From: an uncultured Clostridia bacterium
GTDB lineage: Bacteria > Bacillota > Clostridia > Christensenellales > Borkfalkiaceae
DNA length: 64,000 nt
NCBI GenBank assembly: GCA_947175485.1
Contig: CAMWMZ010000002.1
Coordinates: 3,092-67,091, forward strand
Direction: 5' to 3'
This document shows, one piece after another, positions 1 through 10,904 of the stretch. Made by a program: the position numbers and the translations under genes. Positions within the stretch are counted from its first letter, which is position 1, and each line of letters starts with the position of its first letter. The notes under the pieces were generated by a model. That model worked only from the letters and a program-made list of their open reading frames with translations, did no database searches and was not told the DNA's origin.

Positions 1-672
1 AACCTTGCCCACACTTGCGCCGTAGCCGTTTTTAAGCCCCTCGTCGGAAATGGCTTTGTTGTATTCTATTTGTCTTTCTATTACGTCTTTGACATCGTTT
101 AAATCTACGCAGTTTGCGAATTCGATAATTTTATCTATAGTTAAAAGATTTCTGTCAACGCAACAGCATTTTTCTTCGCTGTCGATTTTTATATCCAAAA
201 TGTCTTCGCCGTTTTTATCGATATGCACAACATTTGTATGGTGTCCTGCTATACGCACCGACGCGCTTTGCGCGCCGCCGAAAACCTTGACGGTTATATC
301 GAAAATGCAACCCGAATGCGACTGCTCTACAGAAAATGCGGCTGTTTTGAGATAAGCGGATATCCTCTCTTTATCGGAGGGTGTAACGGCGGCAATTACT
401 TCTAGCTTCTTTTTTGCGTCGCCGGCAACTATTCCCGCGGCGGCGGCGCTTGTAACTCCTTTAAGCCCGCCCGTATTGGGAACGACCACGCTTTTCACGT
501 TTTTGAGTATGTTTCCGCTGACCGATATACGAACGCTTTCGGGTATTACCCCCAAAGTATCCCTTGCCAAAGCCGCCGCATAAGCAACCGAAATGGGTTC
601 GGTACAGCCCATAGCGGGGAGCAATTCTTCATGCAAAATATCGATATATCCTTTGTATAAACACTTATCCAT
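1..672 (-). CDS. UPF0597 / YhaM-CyuA-type L-cysteine desulfidase family protein, N-terminal 224 codons (3' end beyond the left edge)
   Basis: Not in the ORF track because no stop codon falls in the window. The reverse-strand frame from the ATG at 672-670 is open to base 1: MDKCLYKGYIDILHEELLPAMGCTEPISVAYAAALARDTLG...SVRIAGHHTNVVHIDKNG... The L-x-P-A-x-GCTEP-I N-terminus is the signature I associate with the serine-dehydratase-alpha-like UPF0597 family. The + strand ORFs 50..355 and 223..405 are antisense shadows of it. Confidence 0.6.
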   Translation of the reverse strand, partial: MDKCLYKGYIDILHEELLPAMGCTEPISVAYAAALARDTLGVIPESVRISVSGNILKNVKSVVVPNTGGLKGVTSAAAAGIVAGDAKKKLEVIAAVTPSDKERISAYLKTAAFSVEQSHSGCIFDITVKVFGGAQSASVRIAGHHTNVVHIDKNGEDILDIKIDSEEKCCCVDRNLLTIDKIIEFANCVDLNDVKDVIERQIEYNKAISDEGLKNGYGASVGKV

Positions 673-742
673 GGTAGCTGCCTGCGTTTTTTTAAAATTA
701 TATCACGGCAACAGCCAAAACACAACAATTAAACGGATTATT

Positions 743-1681
743 TTAAAACATACTTAACTGGTTATCGGCGGAAACCGCCGCATAATCTTCGAGATTGCCT
801 TGAAACGCTTCGTCTATCGGAATTGCCCCGCGCTTTATAAGCGCGGCATTTCCTGCGTATTCCGCAACGCTCCTGCAAAACTCGGCGCAAAAACCGTGTT
901 TGAGATTGTCGGTTGCGCCTGCCCACGTACCGCCTTTGCCCAAATCCGAGCGCACGACAACCGTGCCCGACGACTGCGCGTAAATATAACGGTTGCGCAT
1001 AATTGCGTAAGCCGAGTTAAACGGCGCATACGGCAACGCGGCGGAAAGAAGCAACAGTGCCCCGTCCTGCACGGCGCAAAAAACTTTTTCCGAACGCAGC
1101 CGACGTAGTATCCCCTCGGAAGGAAATTCCAGCACTCCGCAACCGATTTTTACCCCCTCGTCTTCTGCAAAAGCGTCAACTCCTCTTGCCCCGCCGGAAA
1201 CAACTCCGTATCCGTTTGCCGCCGTTTTTCTTACCATTAACCGAGTGAAAGCCTCGTCTTTTTCTTCCGCCCTGCGGGAGCCGGTAAAACCCGCGTATTT
1301 ACCGCTTAAAAGGCTTATATCTCCCATGCAATACAAAACGGGCGGGCACATATTGCCCAGATTTTTTTTGAGATTTTCCGGAAATTCTTTATCCGCACGC
1401 GTCAGAACAGTTACGCCGTTGTTTTCCAGCTTTTCTATTTCGGCAAATAATTTTCCGCGCCTGTCCGCAAGCTTTATAAGACGTTGCGCATAATTTTCCG
1501 AAAGCCCCAGAACGTTGTTAAAATTTCTTTCGGAAAAATCCAACAGCTCGAAAGGCTGTAACCCCTTATCTATCATAAGGGAGCATAAATCCCCCCATTC
1601 CCGCGTTTCCAGCGGAGCAGTGTTTTCCCCCGCACAAAGGCGGCTGCAAAAAATCTTTATGGCGTCGCTGTTCGAGTACAT
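743..1681 (-). CDS. dprA: DprA/Smf-family DNA-processing protein
   Basis: 312-aa ORF. The core GFTGSRRAEEKDEAFTRLMVRKTAANGYGVVSGGARGVDAFAE ... AIMRNRYIYAQS ... GGTWAGA follows the DprA Rossmann-fold pattern (GSR..s, SG.A.G.D, F..RNR.I, SG(T)..(T)A). Confidence 0.6.
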   Translation of the reverse strand: MYSNSDAIKIFCSRLCAGENTAPLETREWGDLCSLMIDKGLQPFELLDFSERNFNNVLGLSENYAQRLIKLADRRGKLFAEIEKLENNGVTVLTRADKEFPENLKKNLGNMCPPVLYCMGDISLLSGKYAGFTGSRRAEEKDEAFTRLMVRKTAANGYGVVSGGARGVDAFAEDEGVKIGCGVLEFPSEGILRRLRSEKVFCAVQDGALLLLSAALPYAPFNSAYAIMRNRYIYAQSSGTVVVRSDLGKGGTWAGATDNLKHGFCAEFCRSVAEYAGNAALIKRGAIPIDEAFQGNLEDYAAVSADNQLSMF

Positions 1682-1691
1682 ATTTCTCCTT

Positions 1692-3464
1692 TTACGTTCT
1701 TATATACGTGTAATCGCAATATTGTTTAAGCACCCGCGCCGCCTCTATAGGAGAAACGCTGATCGCCGCGCCGTAATTGAAATTGCCGTCGGAAGTCCAA
1801 CCCTTGTCAGACTTGAAGTTTGCCGTTTCAAGCTTATCGCATGCTTCGAACGCCCAAACGCCAATATACCGCACGCTTGCGCCGATATTTATGTTAACAA
1901 GCGAAGAGCAACCGCTGAACGCCTGTTTGGAGATTGTTTCCACTTTGTCTGGAACGGTTATTTCCAAAAGAGAAGAGCACGTATAAAACGCGTACTCGCC
2001 GATACTTACAAGCGAGATAGGAAGCTCTATGCTTTTAAGCTTTCCGCATCTTAAAAACGCACCGTTCCCCAACGTTTCAACGTTTTCGCATATGGTTACT
2101 TTTTCAACCGTGCAATTCATAAAGGCGTTTTCCCCTATTCCCGTCACCGGCAGACCGTTATAAAAAGAGGGTATTATAACTTCGTTTTGCGTGCCGTTAT
2201 ATTTTGTTACGATATAGCCCGCTCCCGATTTTAAATATACAAGTCCGGCAGTACCGTCAATAACGGAATATTTAGCCGAAACAATCAAATCGCCGCCTGA
2301 CAGAGTAAAAGCTTCCCACTCCCCGCGGTAACCCGCCTTTTGAGGAACCTGCGGCAAAGGCAAAGATTTTATATCCGTTTCAACCGTATACGGAAGAATT
2401 GCAACCTCGTTGCCGTCGGCGGTAAAAGTTATCTTGTATTCTATGGGTACGTATTCTGCGGTGATGTAGAAATCGGTATACGGAAGCTCGTATTTCTGCC
2501 ACCTGCCTACATAGTGCGTCTTTTGCGGAACTTCTGGTTCTTCGAGCGCGCTGTCAAGAATAGTATATTTCGTTTCTTTAACAAGAGAGCCGTCCGCACG
2601 GAAAACTGCCCTGTAAATTTTCGGGGTGTAAACCGCATTTACGTTTATCACTGCTTCATCGGCTAAAATTATTTCTTCCCAGACGGCGGAATAATGCTCT
2701 TTTTCGGGAATTTCAGGAGCCGATATATCGACATCCCCGTAAACCGCGGAAAGCGATTTAATAAATTTGCCTTCTGCGAAAAAGTTTATTGAATAAGCCA
2801 AAGGCGTATAAAAGGGCTCCGCCATAACTTCGTTTACGCCGGTAAGAGTGTATTTCCAAACTCCTTCATGTCCTTGCTTTGTAGGAACTTGCGGTATTTT
2901 ATCTTTGTAATCTTCAACCGTGCAAGTGACCTCCTGTACATCTGTTCCTCCGAGCATAAATAAAATTTTGTAATTTATCGGAGTATAAACTGCGTTTGTG
3001 GTTTTATTGCCGCCGTCCAAAACATAACCTTCCCAAGCGCCTAAGTAACCTTGCTTTTCCGGTATTTCGGGTTCGGTTACAGAGCCGCGGTTAAGATAAG
3101 TGTATTCAAAAACGTAAATTTCTTTTCCGTCCGCCGTAAACGTGAGCGTATACCGTCTGTTATAAACCGCCGTGAGAACGGTTTCACAGTTTATCGGAGT
3201 TGAAAAATCGTAAGGCTTTCCGTTAACGCACCATGTTATGAACTTACCGTCCGGTATTTCGTTTTCATCGGGCGGGGATACGGTTTTATCTCTTTCCGCC
3301 AGCTCCGTCAAAATAGCTTGTCCGTCCTTTACGAACACGACCTTGAACTTATTCACGTCCGCAAACCCGGCACGGCCGAAAGAATCGGAACTGATACACA
3401 AGCAAATAATTGCGGCAAGAGCCAAAACAGCTATTGCCCCGAGAAGAATAAAGTATTTTTTCAT
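1692..3464 (-). CDS. Membrane-anchored surface protein with about 5 Listeria-Bacteroides (Flg_new-type) repeats and a C-terminal BspA-type leucine-rich repeat
   Basis: I chose the start at MKKYFILLGAIAVLALAAIICLC (ATG 3464-3462, signal/anchor) over the upstream ATG at 3494. The unit ...PE(I/V)P(E/Q)K.GY.G.W...AVYTP(I/L/K).Y.I.F recurs about every 70-75 aa. The C-terminus (IPSFYNGLPVTGIGENAF..C..L..I.(L/I)P.S(L/V)..IG..AF..C..L) is BspA/LRR_5-like. Confidence 0.8.
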   Translation of the reverse strand: MKKYFILLGAIAVLALAAIICLCISSDSFGRAGFADVNKFKVVFVKDGQAILTELAERDKTVSPPDENEIPDGKFITWCVNGKPYDFSTPINCETVLTAVYNRRYTLTFTADGKEIYVFEYTYLNRGSVTEPEIPEKQGYLGAWEGYVLDGGNKTTNAVYTPINYKILFMLGGTDVQEVTCTVEDYKDKIPQVPTKQGHEGVWKYTLTGVNEVMAEPFYTPLAYSINFFAEGKFIKSLSAVYGDVDISAPEIPEKEHYSAVWEEIILADEAVINVNAVYTPKIYRAVFRADGSLVKETKYTILDSALEEPEVPQKTHYVGRWQKYELPYTDFYITAEYVPIEYKITFTADGNEVAILPYTVETDIKSLPLPQVPQKAGYRGEWEAFTLSGGDLIVSAKYSVIDGTAGLVYLKSGAGYIVTKYNGTQNEVIIPSFYNGLPVTGIGENAFMNCTVEKVTICENVETLGNGAFLRCGKLKSIELPISLVSIGEYAFYTCSSLLEITVPDKVETISKQAFSGCSSLVNINIGASVRYIGVWAFEACDKLETANFKSDKGWTSDGNFNYGAAISVSPIEAARVLKQYCDYTYIRT

Positions 3465-3681
3465 AAACCAAACGCCTCGGATTGTACAATACAATAAACA
3501 AAATGCAATTTTTGGTGGTTTTTGTGCGTTGTTTTACAGGTTTTTTGTTGTCTTTTGTAGATTAATGTCGAAAATTGTATGAAATTGTGGATTTATGTTG
3601 TTTATTGTTGCTATACCTCCGCTATACCTGTTTGCATACGCATATGTGAAATTATGGAAAAGTTAAAATTTATTTTTGCCG

Positions 3682-3710
3682 TTGACTATAATAGTTGAAG
3701 ATGATATAAT
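3682..3710 (+). promoter_or_regulatory. Sigma-A type promoter for the nfeD-flotillin operon
   Basis: TTGACT (3682-3687), exact 17-nt spacer, TATAAT (3705-3710), about 100 nt upstream of the nfeD-like start. Confidence 0.6.
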
Positions 3711-3808
3711 AAAATAGTAAATTATATATAAATCGATAAATTTTTATCAATTTATTGTTTCATTACGGCGCAAACGGTTTATATATAATACTGTACGGAG
3801 GTAATTTT

Positions 3809-4420
3809 ATGGCGGAATGGTTCGCTAATCTGACTGTGCTGGAGCATATTTATTTTTGGCTTGGCATAGTTTCAACGGTGTTTCTGATTATTCAGATTAT
3901 ACTTTTGTGTTGCACGTCCTTCGGCGGAGATATTGACGCCGACGGCGACGGAGATATAGATATCGACACGGATTCGGGAGTTTCTATATTTACTGTAAAG
4001 AGCATAACCGCGTTTTTTGCGGTAGGAAGCTGGGCAGGGCTTTTGGTTTGTTCGCTCGCTTCCGAAAGCTTACAGTGGCTTTCGGTTATAGTAGCGCTCG
4101 TTGCTGGCGCAGCCGCAATGGCGGTTGTCGTGGTACTGCTCCGCGCAATGTACAAAATGCAATATAACGGCACGATGCAGCCCGAAAAGCTTGTAGGCAA
4201 ACGCGCTACCGTTTATATTTCCGTGCCCGCGGAACGTTCGGGGAGAGGTAAAATCACTTTAACCGCCCAAGGCAGATATATGGAGCTTGACGCAATGACC
4301 GACGGCGAAAAGCTTGTTACGGACGAAGCGGTGGAAATTATCGCCACGGAAAACGAATGTGCGGTTGTAAAACGCGTTGAAACCGCCGTGCCCGAAACTG
4401 AAAACGAAAACAATAATTAA
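3809..4420 (+). CDS. NfeD/YqiJ-like membrane protein (partner of flotillin)
   Basis: Start at MAEWF (ATG 3809) with GGAGG 7 nt upstream. It has two or three TM helices, an acidic DADGDGDIDIDTD loop, and a C-terminal OB-like segment (GKRATVYISVP...GRGKITLTAQGRYMELDAMT) typical of NfeD C-termini. It sits directly upstream of an SPFH/flotillin gene. Confidence 0.65.
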   Translation: MAEWFANLTVLEHIYFWLGIVSTVFLIIQIILLCCTSFGGDIDADGDGDIDIDTDSGVSIFTVKSITAFFAVGSWAGLLVCSLASESLQWLSVIVALVAGAAAMAVVVVLLRAMYKMQYNGTMQPEKLVGKRATVYISVPAERSGRGKITLTAQGRYMELDAMTDGEKLVTDEAVEIIATENECAVVKRVETAVPETENENNN

Positions 4421-4450
4421 AAATTTAATTAAATAAGGAGAATAGAAAAA

Positions 4451-5872
4451 ATGAACTTACTTGCAAGCATCGGCGCTACGATAGGAATCGTCGTCGGCAT
4501 AGTGGTCGGATTGGTTTTGATAATGCTGGCTTTGGTATGCCTTGTGCGTTATAAAAAATGCCCGCCCGACAAAATCATGGTTATCCACGGTAAAATTTCA
4601 CCGAACAAAGACGGTACGGCGCGCAACGCAAAATGTATCCACGGCGGCGCGGCGCTGATTGTGCCCTTTTTCCAGTCTTACACGTTTTTGGATTTAAATC
4701 CTTTTTCCATTTCGGTAGATTTAAAGAGCGCGCTTTCCAAGCAGAATATTCGTATTGACGTACCCTCTATCTTTACGGTAGGTATTTCCGACGACCCCGC
4801 GGTTATGCAAAATGCCGCGGTAAGACTTTTAGGGCTTTCACCCAAACAGATTTCCGAGCTTGCCAAGGATATTATATTCGGTCAGCTCCGTCTTGTTATC
4901 GCGACGATGGACATAGAAGAAATCAACACGGACCGTGAGAAATTTTCCGAAGCCATTTCAAGAAACGTCGAGGGAGAACTTAAAAAACTCGGCTTAAAGC
5001 TTATCAACGTTAACGTAACCGATATTTCAGACGACAGCGGGTACATAACCGCGCTCGGTAAAGAGGCTACGGCAAAGGCTATCAACGACGCGAAAATTTC
5101 GGTTGCCGAAGAAAACAAAAAAGGTTCCATAGGCGAAGCAAACGCTCAGATGGAACAGCGTATTTACGTTGCTGAAGCGGAATCCAAAGCGATAGACGGC
5201 GAAAACAAGGCTAAGGCGGATATAGCGCAGTCGAAAGCCTTATTGCGCCAGCGCGAAGCCGAATCTATGAAGCTTGCCGTAACCGCGGAAAACGTTCAGG
5301 CGGCAAAGGCTAAGGAAGAAAGCTACGCCGCAGAACAGCAAGCCGAGCTTGCGCGTGCATTGCGCGAAAAGGCGACCAAAGAAGCCGATATAATCGTAGC
5401 GAGCGAAATCGAAAAAAGGCAAATCGAAATTCAGGCGGACGCGGAAGCGGAAAATATCCGCCGCCGCGCAAAAGGTGAAGCGGACGCTATATATGCAAGA
5501 ATGGAAGCCGAAGCGCGCGGTATTTTGCAAACCCTTTCCAAACAGGCGGAAGGTATGCAAAAGCTTGTTAAAGCCGCGGGCACAGCGGACGAAGCCGTTC
5601 GCCTTATGATTGCCGATAAGCTCGAAGAGCTTGTAAAAACTCAGGTTGAGGCTATCAAGAATATCAAGATTGACAAAGTCACCGTTTGGGACGGCGGACA
5701 AAACGCAGAAGGGAAAACGGCTACTTCTAACTTCCTTTCCGGAATGTTGAAGTCCCTCCCTCCTCTTGACGACTTGTACTCTATGGCGGGATTGAAAATA
5801 CCCAAAATAGTTGCGCCCACGGAAATCGGGGAAAAACCCGCAGAACAGAAAGAACAAGAAACCGAAGAATAA
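4451..5872 (+). CDS. Flotillin-family SPFH-domain protein
   Basis: 473 aa with an N-terminal TM helix and an SPFH/band-7 core, followed by a long A/E/K-rich coiled-coil (flotillin repeats AEAE.KA....). The RBS AAGGAG precedes the ATG at 4451. Confidence 0.85.
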   Translation: MNLLASIGATIGIVVGIVVGLVLIMLALVCLVRYKKCPPDKIMVIHGKISPNKDGTARNAKCIHGGAALIVPFFQSYTFLDLNPFSISVDLKSALSKQNIRIDVPSIFTVGISDDPAVMQNAAVRLLGLSPKQISELAKDIIFGQLRLVIATMDIEEINTDREKFSEAISRNVEGELKKLGLKLINVNVTDISDDSGYITALGKEATAKAINDAKISVAEENKKGSIGEANAQMEQRIYVAEAESKAIDGENKAKADIAQSKALLRQREAESMKLAVTAENVQAAKAKEESYAAEQQAELARALREKATKEADIIVASEIEKRQIEIQADAEAENIRRRAKGEADAIYARMEAEARGILQTLSKQAEGMQKLVKAAGTADEAVRLMIADKLEELVKTQVEAIKNIKIDKVTVWDGGQNAEGKTATSNFLSGMLKSLPPLDDLYSMAGLKIPKIVAPTEIGEKPAEQKEQETEE

Positions 5873-5909
5873 AAATATTTTTCGGCTTCGGCAGATATTA
5901 AAACAATTT

Positions 5910-5955
5910 AAAACCGCCCCCGAAGGTTAAACCTTCGGGGGCGGTATTTTTATTT
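5910..5955. terminator. Bidirectional intrinsic terminator (flotillin / parC convergent)
   Basis: 13-bp stem CCGCCCCCGAAGG (5914-5926) / CCTTCGGGGGCGG (5932-5944) with loop TTAAA. An A-run precedes it and a T-run follows. Confidence 0.85.
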
Positions 5956-5979
5956 TACTACCGTATTGGGCGGATTACT

Positions 5980-8463
5980 TTAAAACGTTATCTGAATACC
6001 GCCGTTTTCCGAATAATCCGATTTATATTTCATGGCAACTACCCTTTGAAGTTCTCCTATCCCTTTAATGGGCTTACCCTTAAATACTCGGCTTTCGATA
6101 GAAATGCTTTCCGTATCGATTTCGGTAACAGTTTTATCCGTGCAGAACACGGCAAGATTATACGGCATTGTAACGTAATTCGCAAACAAAACCTCGCCCT
6201 TGCCTTTTATATCCGCAATCATAACTCCCTTTGCCCCGCGGTTATAAGTTTCAAAAAGCGACGATATAACGCGCTTGAACCCGCCGAGCGTGGTCACAAC
6301 GATAATTTCGCCCTCGCCGTTCTGCTGTGTGGCGAAAACAACCTCGTCTCCCGTATTCAGCCCTACGCCCTTTACGCCGCCCGCAACGCGCCCCTGAACG
6401 GGAACGTCTTCTTTTGCGGCGGAAAGGCACATTGCCTTTTTGGTGACGAACAGCATTGTTGAAAATTCGTCGTTATCGAATAATTCAACGTTTAAAAGCT
6501 CGTCGCCGTCTTTAAGCTTAAACGCGCACGTCAGCTTTTTAACCGCCTCGAAATCACTCCAAAGCGTGCGCTTTACCGCGCCGAGCTTGGTGAAGAACAA
6601 CAGCTCGCCCTCGGGCTTGCCCTCCGCGGCGAAAAGCTTAACGGGATATTCCGATTTATCCGCGCCGTCGGCTATGTTTTCAAGCTTTACGCCAGAAGAG
6701 CGCCAATCCACAGGCTCGCACTCGTTCAAATCGATTTTAACGCAGTTGCCGAGGTTTGTAAAACAATACAGCCCCGCCCCGTTTGCACAATTGAGCGTCT
6801 GTTTATATATTACCGACGGCGGGGAATTTTGCGTTAATTTCTTTTTATAATGCGTATCGAAATCGTCGCGCACCATAAATTTGAGGTTGTTTGCCGCAGT
6901 TATGCAAACCGACCACTTGTCCACCACGACTTTTACATCAGCGCGGCGAACTACTATTTTTTCCTCGTCCGCAACGATTTTAGTTCTGCGGTCGCTCTTG
7001 TATTTAGCTTTTATTTCGCGCATTTCGTCTTTGACGATTTTCCACTGCAAATCTTTATTGTCAAGAACTTTTTGCAGCCATTCTATGCGCTTTTTCAAAT
7101 CTTCGAGCTCTTTTTCGAGCTTGGCAACCTCTAATTTTGCAAGGCGGGCAAGCCTTAAATCGAGAATAGCCTGCGCCTGCTTTTCGGAAAGGGCAAACCT
7201 TTCCATCAGCTTTCTGCGCGCGTCGCCCGTGTTTTCTGCGGTTTTGATTATTTTTACAACTTCGTCGACGTTATGAACGCCGATAATCAAGCCCTCTAAA
7301 ATGTGGCAACGTGCAAGCGCTTCTTTAAGCTCGAACTTGCATCTGCGCACAACCACCGAGCGTTGGTAATTCGTGTAATATTTTATTATTTCGAGCAACC
7401 CGAGCTGGCGGGGTTTGCCGCCCGCGATTGCAACCATGTTTATACCGAAAGTACATTCCAAATCGGTATATTTGAATAGCAGTTTGAGTATCGCGTCAAC
7501 GTCGGCGTCTTTTTTAACGGCTATAACGGCGCGCATACCCGTGCGGTCGCTTTCGTCAACTATTTCGGCAATGCCCGATAAAAGCTCTTTTTTATCCTCG
7601 CGCAAAAGCATAATCTTGCGCAAAAGCTCTGCTTTATTCGTCTGATAGGGCAATTCGGTTATAACTATGAGTTTTTTGCCGTATTCGCCTTGTTCTACAG
7701 CGTATTTGGCACGGAGAGTGATTTTCCCTTTGCCTGTTTCGTAAGCTTGTTTAAGCTCGTTTGCAATTATATATCCGCCCGTGGAAAAATCCGGACCGGA
7801 GATAATTTTCATCATTTCCGAAAGGGAAATTTTATTGTTGTCTATATACGCGCAGCAGCCGTCTATTACCTCACCGAGGTTGTGCGTGGGAATATTCGTG
7901 GCAAGACCTACGGCAATTCCGTTTGCGCCGTTGACCAAAAGATTGGGATAATGCCCTGGCAAAAGGTCGGGCTCTAAAAGGCTGTCGTCAAAGTTAAAAG
8001 AAAACGGAACGGTTTCCTTTTCCAAATCCTTTAAAAGCTCCATTGCGAGCGGTTCCAGCCGTGCTTCGGTATACCTCATAGCCGCGGCGGGGTCGCCGTC
8101 TACGGAGCCGAAGTTTCCGTGCCCTTCGATGAGCGTCATACGCATATTGAACGGCTGAGCCATTCTTACCATTGCATCGTATACCGAACTGTCGCCGTGC
8201 GGGTGGTATTTACCCATACAGTCGCCCACGATACGCGCGGATTTTTTATGCGGCTTATCGGGTGTTAAACCCATTTCATACATTGTGTAAAGTATTCTGC
8301 GCTGAACGGGCTTCAAGCCGTCCTCTACGCGCGGAAGCGCGCGGTCGAGTATAACAAACTCGGCATAAGGCAGCATTGAACCGGGCATAACCTCTTCTAT
8401 GCTTTGAACGTATACGTTGCCCTGCGGTATGGAAGTCTGTACACCGTTACTCTTTTTAGCCAT
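5980..8463 (-). CDS. parC: Type IIA topoisomerase subunit A, ParC-like
   Basis: 827 aa. It has [12 protein letters not shown] (Q as in ParC; GyrA usually has H), HPHGD, and the catalytic-Tyr context [11 protein letters not shown] found no GyrA-box (QRRGGKG-like) in the C-terminal domain. Its start overlaps the upstream subunit-B stop by 1 nt (TGATG). Confidence 0.75.
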   Translation of the reverse strand: MAKKSNGVQTSIPQGNVYVQSIEEVMPGSMLPYAEFVILDRALPRVEDGLKPVQRRILYTMYEMGLTPDKPHKKSARIVGDCMGKYHPHGDSSVYDAMVRMAQPFNMRMTLIEGHGNFGSVDGDPAAAMRYTEARLEPLAMELLKDLEKETVPFSFNFDDSLLEPDLLPGHYPNLLVNGANGIAVGLATNIPTHNLGEVIDGCCAYIDNNKISLSEMMKIISGPDFSTGGYIIANELKQAYETGKGKITLRAKYAVEQGEYGKKLIVITELPYQTNKAELLRKIMLLREDKKELLSGIAEIVDESDRTGMRAVIAVKKDADVDAILKLLFKYTDLECTFGINMVAIAGGKPRQLGLLEIIKYYTNYQRSVVVRRCKFELKEALARCHILEGLIIGVHNVDEVVKIIKTAENTGDARRKLMERFALSEKQAQAILDLRLARLAKLEVAKLEKELEDLKKRIEWLQKVLDNKDLQWKIVKDEMREIKAKYKSDRRTKIVADEEKIVVRRADVKVVVDKWSVCITAANNLKFMVRDDFDTHYKKKLTQNSPPSVIYKQTLNCANGAGLYCFTNLGNCVKIDLNECEPVDWRSSGVKLENIADGADKSEYPVKLFAAEGKPEGELLFFTKLGAVKRTLWSDFEAVKKLTCAFKLKDGDELLNVELFDNDEFSTMLFVTKKAMCLSAAKEDVPVQGRVAGGVKGVGLNTGDEVVFATQQNGEGEIIVVTTLGGFKRVISSLFETYNRGAKGVMIADIKGKGEVLFANYVTMPYNLAVFCTDKTVTEIDTESISIESRVFKGKPIKGIGELQRVVAMKYKSDYSENGGIQITF

Positions 8464-10538
8464 CAGTCAGCCTCCCCCGCGCCGTCCTGTTTAAAGCGCA
8501 CCTTTTCTATAAAGCCGTCTACTTTGTTAAAATTAGCGTTTTTGTTTAAAAATTCTTTTCTGCCGTCAACCTTGTCGCCCATAAGCATATCTATGACGTC
8601 GGCGGCGGCGGCGGCGTTTTCAATCGTAACCTGAATGAGATTTCTTGTTGCGGGGTTCATAGTGGTATCCCAAAGCTGATCGGCGGACATTTCACCCAAC
8701 CCTTTATAGCGCTGCAACGAATAGCCTTTGCCGACTTTTTTAATTTTTTCGTCAAGCTCGCTGTCGTCGTAAGCGTATTCCACAACGTCTTTTTTAAATA
8801 CCTTATAAAGGGGCGGCATACCTATATAAACGTATCCCGCGTTTACAAGGTCGCGCATATACTTGAAGAAAAAGGTTAAAAGTATACAACGGATATGCAT
8901 TCCGTCCTGATCCGCATCGGAAAGAATTATAACCTTTTTGTACTTTGTTTTTTCCACGTCGAAAGAGCGGTTGAAGCCCGCGCCTATAGCCGAAATGAGC
9001 GTTTTTATCTCTTCGTTTTGTAAAGCCTGCAAGGCCGTTTTTTTCTGCACGTTCAAAGGCTTTCCGCGCAAGGGCAAAATCGACTGATACTGCCTTACGC
9101 GCGCCTGCTTGGCAGTTCCGCCCGCGGAATCGCCCTCTACGATAAAAAGCTCGTTAAGTTCGGGATTTCTGCCGGAGCATGAAGCAAGTTTGCCTACAAG
9201 GTTAAGCCCGTCGTTTTCCGACGCGGCTTTCGCCACGTCGCGTTCGGCGCGGTGTTTTATTCTGTCGTCGGCGGCGAACTTTGCCTTTTGCGCAATTTTA
9301 TCGAATACGGCTTTGCTGCCGCGTTCCGCCATAAGCTTTTGCAAGCCCTCCAAAACGGCTTGTTCTACGGGCGCTTTTACTTCGGGGTTGCCGAGCTTCG
9401 TTTTCGTTTGCCCCTCGAACTGAACGTTATTCATTTTGACGGTTAAAACCGCGGTAAGCCCCTCTTTTATATCGTCGGCAATGAACGCAGGGTCTTTGGC
9501 TTTGAGAACGCCGTTACCGCGCGCGTAATCGTTTACCGCTTTTAATAATCCGTTGTGAAAACCCGTTTCGTGATATCCGCCCTCTACCGTGGAAATGTTG
9601 TTGACGAAAGAAAACAGGCTTTCGTTATCGTCCTTGGTGTGGGAAAAGGCGAACTCTATTTTTATTTTACCCGCGGGCGCGCCCTTAATCTGGATATCTT
9701 TGATTGCGGTATAGTACAGGGGCTGTGCATAAAGCGCGGTTTTGTCGCTGTTGAGATACTGCACGAAATCGATAAGCCCGCCGTCGTATTTATAGGTAAC
9801 GGGCTCAGGCAAGGGCTGTTTTACTTTTACCGCGGCGACGTTGCCTTCTTCGTCCTCCGCTTCTTCGAGAACATAAAGCTCGCGCTCGTCGATAAAGTTT
9901 ATTTTTACGCCTTTGTTAAGAAATGCAAGCTCTTTAAGTCTTGTTGCAACGGTATCGTAATTCCATTCCACTGTTTCGAACACTTCTTTATCCGGCATAA
10001 AGCGGACAAGCGTGCCCTTTTTATCTGTTTTTTGCTTTGTATTTTCAAGCGGCGCGGTAGGAATTCCGCAAAGCCATTTTTTACGCTCCTTGTCATAGGT
10101 GCTCTTAAAGCCCATTTTAAAGACCGTGCCGCGGTAAACTTCGACGTTGAGCCATTCGGAAAGCGCGTTCGTAACCGAAGCGCCAACGCCGTGCAGTCCG
10201 CCCGAAAACGCGTAATTCGCGCTGTCGAACTTGCCGCCCGCGTGGAGCTTGGTGAAGATAATTTCAACGCCGCTCATTTTGACTTTGGTGTTAACGTCCG
10301 TGGGCATGCCGCGTCCGTTATCGCGCACGGAGGCAGAACCGTCTTTATGGAGAGTAACGGTTATTTCGTCGGCGTAGCCGTTTGCCGCCTCGTCTATGGA
10401 GTTATCGACTATTTCCCAAAGTATATGGTGCAAGCCCTTTACGCCCGTGGACCCGATATACATACCGGGGCGCACGCGCACGGCTTCCAATCCCTCTAAT
10501 ATTTTTAAATCGTCTGCGTTATAGCTCTTTTCTGCCAT
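8463..10538 (-). CDS. parE: Type IIA topoisomerase subunit B, ParE/GyrB-like
   Basis: 691 aa. It has [18 protein letters not shown], the GHKL ATPase motifs (DNGRGMP, GGLHGVG), the Toprim EGDSAGG, and PLRGK.LNV. It is translationally coupled to the subunit-A gene. Confidence 0.8.
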   Translation of the reverse strand: MAEKSYNADDLKILEGLEAVRVRPGMYIGSTGVKGLHHILWEIVDNSIDEAANGYADEITVTLHKDGSASVRDNGRGMPTDVNTKVKMSGVEIIFTKLHAGGKFDSANYAFSGGLHGVGASVTNALSEWLNVEVYRGTVFKMGFKSTYDKERKKWLCGIPTAPLENTKQKTDKKGTLVRFMPDKEVFETVEWNYDTVATRLKELAFLNKGVKINFIDERELYVLEEAEDEEGNVAAVKVKQPLPEPVTYKYDGGLIDFVQYLNSDKTALYAQPLYYTAIKDIQIKGAPAGKIKIEFAFSHTKDDNESLFSFVNNISTVEGGYHETGFHNGLLKAVNDYARGNGVLKAKDPAFIADDIKEGLTAVLTVKMNNVQFEGQTKTKLGNPEVKAPVEQAVLEGLQKLMAERGSKAVFDKIAQKAKFAADDRIKHRAERDVAKAASENDGLNLVGKLASCSGRNPELNELFIVEGDSAGGTAKQARVRQYQSILPLRGKPLNVQKKTALQALQNEEIKTLISAIGAGFNRSFDVEKTKYKKVIILSDADQDGMHIRCILLTFFFKYMRDLVNAGYVYIGMPPLYKVFKKDVVEYAYDDSELDEKIKKVGKGYSLQRYKGLGEMSADQLWDTTMNPATRNLIQVTIENAAAAADVIDMLMGDKVDGRKEFLNKNANFNKVDGFIEKVRFKQDGAGEAD

Positions 10539-10622
10539 ATATACCCTTAGTTGTGTTAATTAACCAACTAATTATACCATATATAGTGCATTTTGTAAAG
10601 TGTGTAAATGTAAAAATTTACC

Positions 10623-10651
10623 TTGACAACGCGCCTTATCCGTGTTATATT
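10623..10651 (+). promoter_or_regulatory. Sigma-A type promoter heading a long leader
   Basis: TTGACA (10623-10628), 17-nt spacer, TATATT (10646-10651). The next + strand gene starts at 10927. Confidence 0.5.
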
Positions 10652-10874
10652 TGTTATGCCAAATAAAATCTTAATATGGGTGAAAAGTGTTTCCGTGTTT
10701 TTTTATGCGGAATTTTTCCGCGTGTTTCCAAACGGGATAAAAGCTTTTTAGTTGCTCAAAATAAAGAATAGCCTGCGGGCATTTCTCTTTGAAATTTGGG
10801 TAACTGTTTTTGTTGATACGGAACACATCCATAAGATTTTGTTTGGCGACAATCGGGAGATTTGCTTTAAGGGG

Positions 10875-10904
10875 TGCGTCTCTTGATTGAGGCGCATTTT
10901 TTTT
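10875..10904 (+). terminator. Intrinsic terminator inside the 5' leader of the 10927 gene
   Basis: Stem TGCGTCTC (10875-10882) / GAGGCGCA (10889-10896) with one G-U pair, loop TTGATT, then eight T (10897-10904). The RBS AAGGAG (10915-10920) and ATG 10927 follow immediately. Confidence 0.6.

Noticed and set aside
50-728. Track ORFs 50..355 (+), 223..405 (+) and 546..728 (-)
   Set aside because: These are out-of-frame or antisense shadows of the edge-truncated UPF0597-family gene (1..672, reverse strand), which the ORF track missed because it has no stop codon in the window.
5240-5857. 205-aa reverse-strand ORF inside the flotillin gene
   Set aside because: It is antisense to the A/E/K coiled-coil region, which gives an open F/R/L-rich frame on the other strand. 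It has no start context.
9555-10499. 314-aa + strand ORF inside the parE-like gene
   Set aside because: It is entirely antisense to a well-supported topoisomerase gene. The protein is R/F/V/G-rich low-complexity with no SD and no recognisable motif. It is a typical shadow ORF of a GC3-biased gene.
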